Source of the DNA: an uncultured Gammaproteobacteria bacterium
GTDB taxonomy: Bacteria; Pseudomonadota; Gammaproteobacteria; JACCXJ01
NCBI GenBank assembly: GCA_963764725.1
Contig: CAVXTM010000001.1
Coordinates: 32,001-96,000 of the forward strand
Length of the DNA: 64,000 bases
Direction of reading: 5' to 3'
Made by a program: the position numbers and the translations under genes. How positions within the stretch are numbered: the stretch's first letter is position 1; each line of letters opens with the position of its first letter. The notes under the pieces were generated by a model that saw nothing but the letters and a program-made list of their open reading frames with translations, was not told where the DNA came from and made no database searches. Positions 38,114-48,772 of the stretch are shown here, one piece after another.

Positions 38114-38256
38114 GCAGCATGACCGACTCAAAGACGCCGATGCCACCGGGGACGTGACATCAATCGGCCGCAAACACGCCCGTGCCTATATTCGTGGACC
38201 GCACTCATCAGCGTCAAATCTATGGCGCCGGGTAGCGTTTGAGCAGCGGCCGTTCT
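38114..38256 (-). pseudogene. Decayed duplicate of an internal mprF segment (about 44985-45177)
   Basis: Shared blocks CAGCATGACCGACTCAAAGACGCCGATGCC, CGGCCGCAAACAC and GACCGCACTCATCAGC. Confidence 0.85.
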
Positions 38257-38301
38257 TGGTGCCGCCGCGAGGCCCAACATGGCCGCGCTCGCATGGACCA
38301 G

Positions 38302-38814
38302 TTACGGGAGCACAGCGGGACGCGTGAATACATGGTCCGTATTCTTCACCTGGATATGGCATCCCATGCATTCTGTTACGAATGACGCATCGCTTCCATA
38401 AGGCCTTTGCTCCAAACCGAGCCAGCGGGCGAAACCCCATCCCCCAGTCGAGATATATTTCTGAGAATCCTTGACCATGAACTCGGCGTGGACGAATGAA
38501 CCGGGGATTGTGGCAGTGGACCACGCATCGTGGGTCTTGTCTTCCCAAACGAGCTTGGCGAGGATGGAACCCTCAGGCCATGGATTAGTATGTTTTGCCC
38601 GCGCCGCTTGGATGGCGATGTCGTTGCCGAGGATGACGCGCAGACTATTCTTATCAGTCCGGTGGGAGGAAGCGATCACGCGCCAGTCCTGGTACCCTTG
38701 TGGTAACTGAATCCCGTTGGGTACCGATGGCACCATGTTGGAGGCCGGCTGGGAGCAACCAGCGACGAGGACGAGGGCCCCCACAAGTAAGGTTCGATTT
38801 AGCTGCTTCATCAT
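38302..38814 (-). CDS. cytL: Cytochrome P460 (lipoprotein signal)
   Basis: PNGIQLPQGYQDW, LRVILGN, WPEGSILAKL (cross-link Lys position), GGWGFARW and C-terminal CMGCH; lipobox VAGC. Confidence 0.88.
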   Translation of the reverse strand: MMKQLNRTLLVGALVLVAGCSQPASNMVPSVPNGIQLPQGYQDWRVIASSHRTDKNSLRVILGNDIAIQAARAKHTNPWPEGSILAKLVWEDKTHDAWSTATIPGSFVHAEFMVKDSQKYISTGGWGFARWLGLEQRPYGSDASFVTECMGCHIQVKNTDHVFTRPAVLP

Positions 38815-38985
38815 TTCTTCGTCATTTACGACGTTACGTGGCGGTTGACGACGGCTAAGAGCGGATTCCAGTGCTTTCGAGTAACCGCCACCGCTCGCGA
38901 TGGCCGACACGCTGTCGCTCAGAGCGTTTCCACGCCTGCGCGTATATTGCAGACGGAGTCTGTTTGGTCTTGACATATCAGTTTA

Positions 38986-39444
38986 TTATATCTCCAGACG
39001 TGACCCCTTTTCGTGCACGGTCAGCACTGGGACCTCGGAGGTGCGAACCACCCGCTCCGCCACACTCCCCAGCATCATGTGCGACAGGCCGGTGCGGCCG
39101 TGGGTGCCGATGACGATGAGATCGGCTTGTTGCTGCTTAGCAACCTCGACGATCTGGAGGTAGGGCACGCCTTCGGCCAGATGGACGGTCGTCTTGGGCG
39201 CCTCAGCCGCCGTTTCTTTGACGAACTGCTCGAGCCGCTCCCGCAGCCGCATCGCCAGGTTTTCCTGCATGTAAGGGGGCAGATCCACGGCACCGTCCTC
39301 GACCGCAAAGTTTGGAAACTCGTAGACGTGGATCACATCGACCTGCGCCCCCAGGCGCTCGGCCAGCGCCAAAGCGTACTCCAAGGCGCGTGCGGAAGGC
39401 TTGGAAAAATCGACCGGACAGAGAATTCGATTGATGACGAGCAT
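38986..39444 (-). CDS. Universal stress protein
   Basis: ILCPVDFS and GTHGRTG...LGSVAERVVR. Confidence 0.93.
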   Translation of the reverse strand: MLVINRILCPVDFSKPSARALEYALALAERLGAQVDVIHVYEFPNFAVEDGAVDLPPYMQENLAMRLRERLEQFVKETAAEAPKTTVHLAEGVPYLQIVEVAKQQQADLIVIGTHGRTGLSHMMLGSVAERVVRTSEVPVLTVHEKGSRLEI

Positions 39445-39569
39445 AAGATCCTCCTCGCATTAGCAATGGTGTTTCGACTCGCATGGTATGCATTGCGAGT
39501 TGTGTCAGGGGGACTAAGCCGTGTTTCTCAGCATTATTTAACATCATACTCAAAACGCCGGACGCGAAC

Positions 39570-39583
39570 GTGATCTGGATCAA
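39570..39583. promoter_or_regulatory. FNR box upstream of usp
   Basis: GTGATCTGGATCAA. Confidence 0.6.
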
Positions 39584-39682
39584 ACCAAGGGCGGCCTCAC
39601 CGGTCTACCGAAGTCGAAGGCGAACGCCGCACGGATGCCGTGAAGCGCGAACTTGATCGCCTTACGGGATCTGAACCCCCGT

Positions 39683-41278
39683 TCAGCGAGTGGGCCGACA
39701 TTGCGTGAGCCGCTCGAGGTCGGCGGCGATGGGCGCGGCTTCGGCGGGGCACTCGGTGTCCCAGATCAGAGTCAGCGACTGCTCGTGCGGCGTTAAGGAC
39801 TCCTGGCTACGGCGCTGGTGTTCGAGCACCGCGAGATCGGCCTCGGAGGCATCGTGCCCTTCTACCGCGCGGCGCGCGATCCGCAGACGCAACGCCGCCT
39901 CGCCGGCCCGAAAATCCAAGATCCGGAACGGCGCACCGAGCGATCTCGCAAGCGCCGCGAAGGCCTCTCGCCGCGCACGGGCGAGGAAGGTGGCATCGAC
40001 GATGACCGGAATGCCGCAGGCGCTCACGATGCGGGCGACGTCCAAGAGCCGTTCATAGGTGCGATCGGTCATGGCGGCATCGTAGATCCCGGCCGCTACC
40101 GTGCTTGCGGTCTTCGCCTCGGCCGACAGACCGGCCAGCCGCTTGCGCTCGACGTCGGAACGGATGCGTAGCGCTCCGAGCCGGGGGATCAACACCGCGC
40201 TCCCCATAGTCTTGCCGGCGCCGGAAACACCGTGGGTAAGGAGGATGAGACCCGGAGGACGTGGCTCCGCATAGCGCCGAGCAAGCGCGAGATGCCGCTC
40301 GTAGCGCGCAAGACACGCCGCCTTCGCGCCCCCGGAACGATGCTCGAGATAGGCGACCTTGGCCCGCACGAGCGATCGGTAAACGCGGTACAGGTCCAGC
40401 AGAGGCAGGCCCTCGTAGTCACCCGTCTCCTCCAAATAATGGTTGAGGAAGATCCATGCGAGATCGGGACGCTCGCGAACATCGAGGTCCATCAAGAGAA
40501 AGGCGATCTCGCTCATGACATCGACGAAAGACAGCGCGGCATTGAACTCGATGCCATCGAAGACCACGATCCTCCCCTCCAGCAACACCATGTTCGTGAG
40601 ATGCAGATCCCCGTGACATTGCCGCACCCGCCCTTGCCGCTTGCGTCCTGAGATGAGCTCGCAATGCCGCTCAAGCTGCCTCTCGGTCCAGGCGCGCAAG
40701 GACGCGAGCGCGTTGCCGGCATCGATCTCCGCGGGCCCGCTCCCCATCTGCGCGAAGTTCGCCAAGGCGTACTTGGCGACCTCGGAGGCGTTTCCATACG
40801 GCACATTGGCCGAAGCGATCTCGGCGCGGTCGTGGAACGCCGCGATCGCCTTGGCGAGCGCCTCGAGCAAGTCCCCGGTGAGCTCGCCGCGCGCAAGCAC
40901 CTGGTCGAGCTGCGCCGTGCGAGGAAAGCGGCGCATCTTGACGCAGTATTCGATGGGAGTGCCGGGCCCTCCGAAACGAGGCGCATCCTCCGTCCCCGTC
41001 ACCGTTTCAACCCCGAGATAAAGCTCGGGGGCGAGGCGCCCGTTGAGCCTCAGCTCCTCCTCGCAATAAAACCTGCGCTTCTCGAGCGTAGAGAAGTCGA
41101 GAAACCCGAAGTCCACCGGCTTCTTGAATTTATATGCATACGGGCCGGCCAGGAGCACGTAAGAGATGTGGGTCTCCGCCAACTCAAAGCCCGCGGTCGG
41201 GTGGTCGAAGTGTTGAGGTTTCTGTAAGCTTTTGAGCAATCGCCCCAAGCGATCGGAGGCCATCGCCGTAGCGCTCAC
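39683..41278 (-). CDS. Aminoglycoside-phosphotransferase-like kinase fused to an AAA_33 P-loop (Rv2004c/COG2187 type)
   Basis: ETHIS, CHGDLHL, FDGIEFN, GVSGAGKT and RSDVERKRL motifs. Confidence 0.9.
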   Translation of the reverse strand: MSATAMASDRLGRLLKSLQKPQHFDHPTAGFELAETHISYVLLAGPYAYKFKKPVDFGFLDFSTLEKRRFYCEEELRLNGRLAPELYLGVETVTGTEDAPRFGGPGTPIEYCVKMRRFPRTAQLDQVLARGELTGDLLEALAKAIAAFHDRAEIASANVPYGNASEVAKYALANFAQMGSGPAEIDAGNALASLRAWTERQLERHCELISGRKRQGRVRQCHGDLHLTNMVLLEGRIVVFDGIEFNAALSFVDVMSEIAFLLMDLDVRERPDLAWIFLNHYLEETGDYEGLPLLDLYRVYRSLVRAKVAYLEHRSGGAKAACLARYERHLALARRYAEPRPPGLILLTHGVSGAGKTMGSAVLIPRLGALRIRSDVERKRLAGLSAEAKTASTVAAGIYDAAMTDRTYERLLDVARIVSACGIPVIVDATFLARARREAFAALARSLGAPFRILDFRAGEAALRLRIARRAVEGHDASEADLAVLEHQRRSQESLTPHEQSLTLIWDTECPAEAAPIAADLERLTQCRPTR

Positions 41279-41424
41279 GTGCCCACACTCGACACGGTTC
41301 TTGCCCAGACGATCGCGCGGTTGATGAGCACGCTTGTGTACAATAGAGCGAGCCGCTTAGAGCGCCGGGGGTGATCAGGTCTTGATTAATAGTTTGGCGT
41401 TCTACGCAAACTATAAATCAAGAA

Positions 41425-41557
41425 GCGAGCGAAGGCCACTACCGGGTCCTGCAATGTGCGTACGGGAGCGTTCAACGGGCTGCGAGAGGCGTACTCAAGA
41501 TCGAGGTGCCGAAGGCCGAGGCGGCGAGAGAGAACCATCGACATCAAGGTTCGCTGA
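41425..41557 (+). pseudogene. Hsp20 remnant
   Basis: EGHYRVLQCAYGS...RGVLKIEVPK...IDIKVR. Confidence 0.6.
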
Positions 41558-41666
41558 GCCGAGGACCGGGTTTTTGAGCAGGCGCAAGGACGTTGCGCCG
41601 ACACCCGAAAGACTGTAGGATTTTCAATGGCTCGCCGGGTTCGTTCCGGCAGACGAGGAGAAGACG

Positions 41667-41859
41667 ATGTCCGAAGATGACCTATCGGGCTCCCGCTATC
41701 ACATGGGCTGGCGTTTCTACCTGGCCGGGCTGTTGCTCCTCTACATCGTCGTCGCGGCGCTGGCTCGCGCTCCTCATCCCGATCCCGGTCGTGATCTTCG
41801 GTCTGTACTGGGACAAGAACTATCCCCTGCCAACGCGGGTAGGGACCGTTAGGCGCTGA
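41667..41859 (+). pseudogene. Internally deleted duplicate of the membrane-protein gene at 49222-49792
   Basis: Same leader GTTCCGGCAGACGAGGAGAAG; MSEDDLSGSR is fused to YHMGWRFYLAGLLL...GLYWDKN. Confidence 0.85.
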
Positions 41860-41875
41860 ACCTCGGGAGGTCGTT

Positions 41876-42256
41876 ATGGTTGGATATTCAAGGCGGATCG
41901 CGTTTGCGCTCGCAGCTGCTCTGTCGGCGATCTCGAGCGGAGCCGCGGCAGACCCGAGCGCAGAAACGAACCCGCGCGGCGCAGTAGGTCCATACGGAGA
42001 GATCGGGTCGCCGCGGGGCACGGGCCCGAGCGTCGAGGAAGGGGAGCACCGCAGGCGGGGATCCCATTCGGGGATGGAGCAGCGCCAAGGGATAGGCATG
42101 CAGCAGGGCATGGACATGAACGAGGGCATGGGCATGCAACACGGGATGGACATGCAGCAGCAGGGCATGGGCATGCACCAGGGGATGGACATGCAGAAGG
42201 GGATGGGACATCACGGTGGCATGGAGCCGGGTGGCGGCCGTGAGCGAAACCCATAA
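41876..42256 (+). CDS. Exported Met/Gly/His-rich small protein
   Basis: GGAGG RBS, signal peptide, repeats of GMxMQ. Confidence 0.65.
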   Translation: MVGYSRRIAFALAAALSAISSGAAADPSAETNPRGAVGPYGEIGSPRGTGPSVEEGEHRRRGSHSGMEQRQGIGMQQGMDMNEGMGMQHGMDMQQQGMGMHQGMDMQKGMGHHGGMEPGGGRERNP

Positions 42257-42664
42257 GGTCATTGATCTCCCAAACTTACCGATCCTGCTGCCGCCTGCAA
42301 CAGCTCTGTCTACCACATGGTCGCGATCCCCATGAGATCGCCGCGAGCTCAAGCATGCGATTCGGGTTGCTATGGAAGAGATGAACGCATGAGAGCGCCT
42401 TCGTGATCCAGCGCTTCCTCGAGTGCTTCCGCGCGCAGGTTCTGAGTTTTCGTTCCTTCAATAAGTTCGGATGGTATATCGACCTGACGCTTTTGTGCTC
42501 CCTCTTCGATCTCTTCCAGGCGCAGGAAGGTTTCTTCAGCGGAACTAATCCATGAACAGATCAGGTTTTAGAGTGGCCGCTTCACCGATCATGGTGATGT
42601 CAGCCGTGCCGGCGAGAATCTGCTTCAGGCCCTCGCGCTAGGGTGCTCCTCGGCACTCGCCGCG

Positions 42665-43111
42665 TCAGCGGTAAACCATCACGGGAATCTTCGAGTGTGT
42701 CAGCACCTTGTTGGTCTCGCTCCCGAGAACCAAGGCAGATACGCCTTTGCGACCGTGGGATGCCATGAAGATAAGATCACAGCCTTCCTTTTCGGCGGTT
42801 TGTATGATGGCGGCGAAGGGATCGGGGCTATTAACATAGCGTGTCTCGACCGGTACGGATGCATTCTTCGCGGCGTCAGAAACGAATTGGAGAATTCGGT
42901 CTACTCTTTCTTTGAATTCCCGTTCAATCTTTTCTCCGATTTCCTTGCTGACTGCGCCGGATGCGACGTATACCTGCGTCAGGTCATTGTGACTGGCGGC
43001 ATGACACGCTATCACTCGGGCGCCAATCTGCTGGGCGAATTCAATTCCCTTGAGAACTGTTTTCCGAGAAAGCTCAGAATCATCAGTGGGCAGCAGAATG
43101 TTGTTGAACAT
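42665..43111 (-). CDS. Universal stress protein
   Basis: ILLPTDDS and MASHGRKG...LGSETNKVL. Confidence 0.93.
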   Translation of the reverse strand: MFNNILLPTDDSELSRKTVLKGIEFAQQIGARVIACHAASHNDLTQVYVASGAVSKEIGEKIEREFKERVDRILQFVSDAAKNASVPVETRYVNSPDPFAAIIQTAEKEGCDLIFMASHGRKGVSALVLGSETNKVLTHSKIPVMVYR

Positions 43112-43208
43112 TCGATCTCCTCGTGGAAAGTGCAACTAAGCTCGTACAACATTTATAACATCATTGCAAACCACTCCGGTGGAGAAGCAACGAAAGGAGC
43201 TTCTGGGC

Positions 43209-45827
43209 TCACGCAGCGCGACCGACCAGCCCGGCGATATCCCGTAGAATCCGGGGCGTCTTGAGTATGTGCGGCAGCGCGACATACTTCGGGTGATATG
43301 CGGGATTGAGACTCTCGACGAACCGCCGGTAACTGTCGCCATCGGCGAAATACTCAGTGTGAGAAAAGAGCAGCGCTCCAAAATCGTTCCACAACGGCGT
43401 CAGCGTGTGTTGCTCGACATCGGCGAGCGGTAGGAGTCCGAGATTGATATGCCCATAACCAGGCTGCCCTCTTCTTCCCCCCCAGCTCCACCAATGACGT
43501 TCACGAGCGCGCCCGTTCAACATGAGTTCCAGTACCAGGAATTCCGCGATCCCCGGAGGCGCATCGTGACGATGGCGTATGAGATCCAGACGCACCTCTT
43601 CTTCATGAGCTCCGACCAAGAGTGTCGCGAACGCGAGGATGTGCTTGTCGTTGCGTACGACGGCGCACGGGAAATTGCTTACATAGGCAGGATCGAAAAA
43701 GCCGCGCGAGAATCCGTGCTCGGTGCGCCTCGTATGGGCCAGCCAATCGTCCGATACGGCCTTGAGCTCCGGTATGAGCCGCGATACATCCTTAGAATTC
43801 GCGATGGACAGACGGAGATGCTGCGCGCGCAGACGAGCATGGAGATCACGCAGTTCGGCGCGCTCTGCGCCGCGCAGGGTAAAGCGATCGAGAGCGATGC
43901 GGGCCTCCTCGCCCACTTTCAGCACCGAGAGACCGAGATCGACGTATACCGGTAAGTTTGCGGCATCGATCAAGTAGAAGACCGGATCCCCGCCATAGCT
44001 TGAGCACAGATCATAGAAGGCCCGTATGAGCCTTTCATGCTCCTGTCGGGTCCCGATCGGATCCCCTAGCGCCACCCAGCTCGTGCTCTTGACGCCATAC
44101 ATGATGAAGGCATGACCTGACTCGCTAAACAGGAACCGTTTGTCGCCGAGTAAGGCGAGATGTGCGCGCGGGTCCGGATCGTCTTCCGCGATGCGACGCG
44201 CCTGCGTGAGCGTCATCGCGTCAGGCAGGTCGGGCGGCGGGGTGCGACGGAGCAGCTTCACGACGGTGAGCCCGGCGGCCACGGCCAGGATCGCCATCGT
44301 GGTGCGCAAGAATCGGGGGAGTTCCGCGTCGTAGGCGAGGTGCCACCAGAATGCATGAGGCGTCGGTACATGTTTATACGAGAACATGCCAAGCCAAACC
44401 GTCACGGCCAGAATCGTCGTCAGCGTCGGCGCCCATTCAGCAGCAGAGCCGATGCTCGATTCCTGGCTTTGGAACTCGGGTCGCATGATCCAGAGCACGG
44501 CGAGGACCATGGCAAGGATCACAGCGCCTTCGATGTTCAGACCTTTCAATAAAAGCGCGGCGACCCCTATGGCCAACAACCAAATACTATACTTGTGCTC
44601 AGCGGCGAGCCGTCGCCTTAGGCCGCGAGCGAAGATGATGAGTCCCACGCCGGCACCGCCCGCGATCATGTGCGAGGCTTCGAGAACCGGTAACGGCACG
44701 AACGTCTCCATGAGGGCTAAGCGCTCAGGAGACGCCGGGACTGCGCAGGAAAAGAGGAGCACCACGCCGGCCAGAAAGACGATCGCGGCCATTACTTGCG
44801 GCCCGATGTCCCTGACCCATTCCATGGCCGTATCCCGTGCGCGCGAGATCTGTGCGTGCTGCAGGCTTAACTCGTAGGCCGCCAGTGCGATCGCTGCAAG
44901 GCCCAGGGGAACGAAGTAGTAGGTGCAGCGGAACATTAGGATGGCGCTGAGCAGCGATGCCGCCGGCACCTCGGGAAGACCGATCAGCATGACCGACTCA
45001 AAGACGCCGATGCCGCCGGGGACGTGGCTTATCACTCCGGCGGCCAAGGCGGCCGCAAACACTCCGAGATAAGCGAAAAAGTCCGTGTCCATATTCGTAG
45101 GCAGCAATACATAGATGACCGCACTCATCAGCATCAGATCTATGGCGCCGAGTAGCGTTTGGGCAGCGGCCGTTCTCGCGGAAGGTAATCTAAGCGACCA
45201 GAACGGCATCTGGATCGTCACGGGGCGAATCGCGGGGACCACGACGTAAGCGGCGATCGTACCTAACACGAGTACGCCCACGGCGAGCCGCAGCTCCTCC
45301 GGCATGGGCAGGGCCGACGCCGAGGCTGTCCCGAATAGCATCGCTAGCGCGGCGATGAATGCGACGCCCAAGGACGAGGTGAGCGAATACATCGTCGTCA
45401 CACTCGCGATGTCGAGTGCCGACAGTCCCGCCTGCGTGTAGATGCGGTAGCGGATCGCGCCGCCCGTGATTAGGACGAAGCCGAGATTGCTGCCGAAAGC
45501 GTCGGCGAGACAGCTCGCGAGAGCCACACGCCTATACGGGAGAGGGCGGCCAATATGATGCAAGGCCACCACATCGTAGCCGGTCGCGAGCAGGTAGCTG
45601 AGACCGGTGATGAGGAAGGCCAAAAGAACTGACCGCAGCGGTAGCGCCTGAAATTGCTCCACGACATTAGCGAGCTCGACCGTGCTGACCGTTCGATACG
45701 CAGCCCATAAGGCCAGGCTCACGATCGCGAGACTAAGAAATGGACGCGCCTGAACGAATAACCTCTTGAAAAGATTACCGAACAGGCCTGCGGTTGTAGA
45801 CCGGAGTTCGGTCGTAATTGCACTCAT
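43209..45827 (-). CDS. mprF: Bifunctional aminoacyl-phosphatidylglycerol flippase/synthase
   Basis: GGAIRYRIY, SHVPGGIGVFE, LALLGDK, KVGEEA and DLIR motifs; the C-terminus is divergent. Confidence 0.85.
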   Translation of the reverse strand: MSAITTELRSTTAGLFGNLFKRLFVQARPFLSLAIVSLALWAAYRTVSTVELANVVEQFQALPLRSVLLAFLITGLSYLLATGYDVVALHHIGRPLPYRRVALASCLADAFGSNLGFVLITGGAIRYRIYTQAGLSALDIASVTTMYSLTSSLGVAFIAALAMLFGTASASALPMPEELRLAVGVLVLGTIAAYVVVPAIRPVTIQMPFWSLRLPSARTAAAQTLLGAIDLMLMSAVIYVLLPTNMDTDFFAYLGVFAAALAAGVISHVPGGIGVFESVMLIGLPEVPAASLLSAILMFRCTYYFVPLGLAAIALAAYELSLQHAQISRARDTAMEWVRDIGPQVMAAIVFLAGVVLLFSCAVPASPERLALMETFVPLPVLEASHMIAGGAGVGLIIFARGLRRRLAAEHKYSIWLLAIGVAALLLKGLNIEGAVILAMVLAVLWIMRPEFQSQESSIGSAAEWAPTLTTILAVTVWLGMFSYKHVPTPHAFWWHLAYDAELPRFLRTTMAILAVAAGLTVVKLLRRTPPPDLPDAMTLTQARRIAEDDPDPRAHLALLGDKRFLFSESGHAFIMYGVKSTSWVALGDPIGTRQEHERLIRAFYDLCSSYGGDPVFYLIDAANLPVYVDLGLSVLKVGEEARIALDRFTLRGAERAELRDLHARLRAQHLRLSIANSKDVSRLIPELKAVSDDWLAHTRRTEHGFSRGFFDPAYVSNFPCAVVRNDKHILAFATLLVGAHEEEVRLDLIRHRHDAPPGIAEFLVLELMLNGRARERHWWSWGGRRGQPGYGHINLGLLPLADVEQHTLTPLWNDFGALLFSHTEYFADGDSYRRFVESLNPAYHPKYVALPHILKTPRILRDIAGLVGRAA

Positions 45828-46198
45828 TTCCAAATCACCGGTCTGGCTGTGTGCCGTCCTCGACGCGTGGTATCGAGCGCAGCAAGAGTAGGGTACACAT
45901 CCGCAACAAAAATCAGCCGCATCCCACACCCATTTATCCAGCAAGCAGAGGACTTGACCACTTCGGATGTTTGACTCGGTACTTCTCCACGGCGGACTTT
46001 GCTACGTAAATACCGAGCAGCCGTGGTACTTACCGTATGCAGCTCCGCATCGGGTGTGCCCGGCGCATCAGACGATGCGCCAACGGCGCCTAAGCGGTCC
46101 GGCGGCTCGTGAGCCCTTCGCGTTCACTTAGCACAGGTCGATGACTCCCAACCTGTGATCCTACTCGTCTTGAACATCCACCACTGGACTGCGAGAGA

Positions 46199-48067
46199 TC
46201 ATTCCACAGAAAAATCGCGCATCATACCCATGTCTTCGTGTTCGAGGTTATGGCAGTGAACCATGAACAAGCCTTTGAAATCCTGATACGGCTTGATGAT
46301 CCGCACTCGTTCGCCAGGCATAACCAGTACGGTATCCTTCCAGCCGCTGGTAACGAAACCTTCTCGTACGGTGGCATAGTCGTCCGCTCGCTCCGCACCA
46401 TTGGTGCGGCTGAGGATCTGGAAATATTGACCGTGCAAATGGATCGGGTGAGCCATGGAAAGCATCATGCCCATGCCACCGCCCATTCCCATGCCTTGCA
46501 TGCCCATTCCTCCCATCGCGTGACTGCCTTCCTGCGGTTTGCGGCTCTCGCCGTGTTCTCCCGTTCCTTCCATGCGTCCCATCATTCCCATGCCTCGCAT
46601 GCCGCCACCCATCATTCCGTCCCGCATTCCGCCCATGGCCCGTTCATTACCCTCCTGCTGGTGTCCTCCGGAGTCATGACCGCCGGGTAACGATTCCGAT
46701 TGGGGGCCGTGTCCGCCGCCATGAGCATGAAAGATCTCCATCAGTTGCAAAGTATTGAATGGCATCCGTTCGCTGGGTTGCACGTCGTCATACGCGTAAG
46801 GCCGTCCGTTAAGCAACATCGCCATGGGGCCCTCGGAAATGCCGACCGGCACCGGCTTATTGGGGTTGGCGGTATCGTCGACTTGATACCGGGTGAACTT
46901 GGAGAGGCGCGTCGGAAGCTTGGGGCTGTCGCTGACTTCGCGGGTTACGCGGGCGGTAAAGATGGGGTAGTCGCTCCCCACGGCTAGCTTGCTTCCCGCC
47001 ATCATGCCGTCTCCCATCCCTCCGTGCATACCTCCCATGCCGCCACCCGTCATGCGCTCGGCCATATTCGGCAGCACGCCGGAGAAGGGACGGCTACGCA
47101 TGACCAGCTGTGAGCCAGCCGCACGCCCGGTGAAATCCGCCCAGACATCCAGCCGTTCACCAGGCGCTAACATGGCATAAGGTATGTTCTCCGGTTTCTC
47201 CAGCAATCCGCCCTCGACGCCGATGACGGTGACGGGCGTACCGTCATCCCAGGCCAGTTTGTAGATACGTGCGGTGGATCCATTCATTATGCGGAGGCGG
47301 TAGGCACGGCTGGCCACGTCGATGCGGAAGTCGGGCCTGCCGTTGACCAGGATGCGATCACCGTAAAAGCCGATCATTCGATCGTGCATGCTGCGAACAT
47401 ATATCAGTTGATTCTGCTCGTCGAACATCCGGTCCTGAATGACGATAGGAATTTCGTACTCACCCGAGGGCAATTCGAGTGCGCGCTCTTCGTCGTCATT
47501 GACCAGGATGGCGCCCACCAAACCGTAGTAGACCTGTCTGGCCGTTGCCTCATGGGGGTGTGGATGATAGATATTCATGCTCGCTCGGTTAAGCATTTCG
47601 AATTCGTAAACGAAAGTCTGGCCCGGAGTGATCGCATACATGGGATGCCCGTCCATCAGGGCTGGGACGTGCAAACCGTGCCAGTGGGTGATGGTGGGTT
47701 CGGTCAGTTCGTTACGCAGGTGGATCCGTATCTTCTGACCTTTCCGAAACCGCATAATGCGCCCCAGATACGATTCCGGCATAGTCGTCAGCGTGTTTTC
47801 CGGCCCTTTGATCAGCCCCGCGAAATACTGGTACACCCGGGTTGGCTGGCCGTTCAGTATGGACACTGAAGCGGGACGGCAGACGAGTTCGATTTCGACG
47901 TCCGGGTTAAAGGTGAGAGAAGCGGTGTTGGGCACGCTGTTCGGCATAGCTTGCATGCCCATGGCGTCCATGGTGCGTAACCAGCCGGGTAGCCCTGCGT
48001 ACGCTATCAAGCCGATGCTGGCCTGGGAAAGAAAACGACGGCGGGAACGGTTGACGAAATTTTGCAT
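46199..48067 (-). CDS. Tat-exported multicopper oxidase with long Met/Gly/His-rich inserts
   Basis: SRRRFL, HWHG, YHPH, HPIHLHG and HCHNLEHEDMGMM. Confidence 0.95.
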   Translation of the reverse strand: MQNFVNRSRRRFLSQASIGLIAYAGLPGWLRTMDAMGMQAMPNSVPNTASLTFNPDVEIELVCRPASVSILNGQPTRVYQYFAGLIKGPENTLTTMPESYLGRIMRFRKGQKIRIHLRNELTEPTITHWHGLHVPALMDGHPMYAITPGQTFVYEFEMLNRASMNIYHPHPHEATARQVYYGLVGAILVNDDEERALELPSGEYEIPIVIQDRMFDEQNQLIYVRSMHDRMIGFYGDRILVNGRPDFRIDVASRAYRLRIMNGSTARIYKLAWDDGTPVTVIGVEGGLLEKPENIPYAMLAPGERLDVWADFTGRAAGSQLVMRSRPFSGVLPNMAERMTGGGMGGMHGGMGDGMMAGSKLAVGSDYPIFTARVTREVSDSPKLPTRLSKFTRYQVDDTANPNKPVPVGISEGPMAMLLNGRPYAYDDVQPSERMPFNTLQLMEIFHAHGGGHGPQSESLPGGHDSGGHQQEGNERAMGGMRDGMMGGGMRGMGMMGRMEGTGEHGESRKPQEGSHAMGGMGMQGMGMGGGMGMMLSMAHPIHLHGQYFQILSRTNGAERADDYATVREGFVTSGWKDTVLVMPGERVRIIKPYQDFKGLFMVHCHNLEHEDMGMMRDFSVE

Positions 48068-48354
48068 GAAACCTCCTCGAACGGAATCGCCTCTTATTGA
48101 TGATTGTCGTTACCCGGCTCTCCAAAGGCTCACGGTCGGTCTGACGGCTCTAATCTTTAGGTCATCGTTATGAGGAACTCGCAAATCAATACCTGCGCCC
48201 CAAACAGTTGGCTTTCTGCGCTTGGCGCCGTATTTATTCGCCACTGCATGACATTAGCAAGATTACTATTCCTGAAAATTTCTGATAGCATTCTACTAAA
48301 ACCCGGGCCGCTAGATGCAGGGAGACCGAAAGCATGCGTACCCACGCGCGCAAG

Positions 48355-48562
48355 GGGCGGGATCATCGACGAAATGCTCGCGAGTTTCGATTTTGGCAGC
48401 ATAGAACACGTGGATATACTGCGCAACATTGCGGAGTTTCGCCATGAAGCGGTCAACGGGAAAGGTTATCCACGCGGACTTCAAGGACAGGACATCCCGC
48501 TAGAAGCGCGTATCGTGGCGGTTGCAGATGTGTTCGATGCTCTCACGAGTCGGCGTCCGTAG
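48355..48562 (+). pseudogene. HD-GYP phosphodiesterase fragment
   Basis: RHEAVNGKGYPRGL...ARIVAVADVFDALTSRRP, followed by a premature stop. Confidence 0.75.
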
Positions 48563-48772
48563 TATTGTCACATCCTATGACATAGATCAATTCATTCGGT
48601 GGTACAAGAGGTATCGTGTAGGTGGGATCCATGAGAGAAGCGTGGAAAGAAATAGCAGATAACCGCTCACTTTCTAGCGCAATTCATATTCTCGATAACA
48701 GAAGCGTTCCGATCGCTGAGATGAGTGATCGATCGCATTAGTTGTTCGCGAAAATCAAACTGGAGAAATAGT

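Noticed and set aside
42070-42210. CRISPR or DNA tandem repeat
   Set aside because: The repeats are codon-level GMxMQ repeats inside an ORF, with no spacers and no cas genes.
46040-46100. SAH riboswitch (CAACGGCGCC motif)
   Set aside because: The 5' GAGGAGCGCTGC and CAGGCTC elements are missing, and the orientation does not fit a downstream gene.
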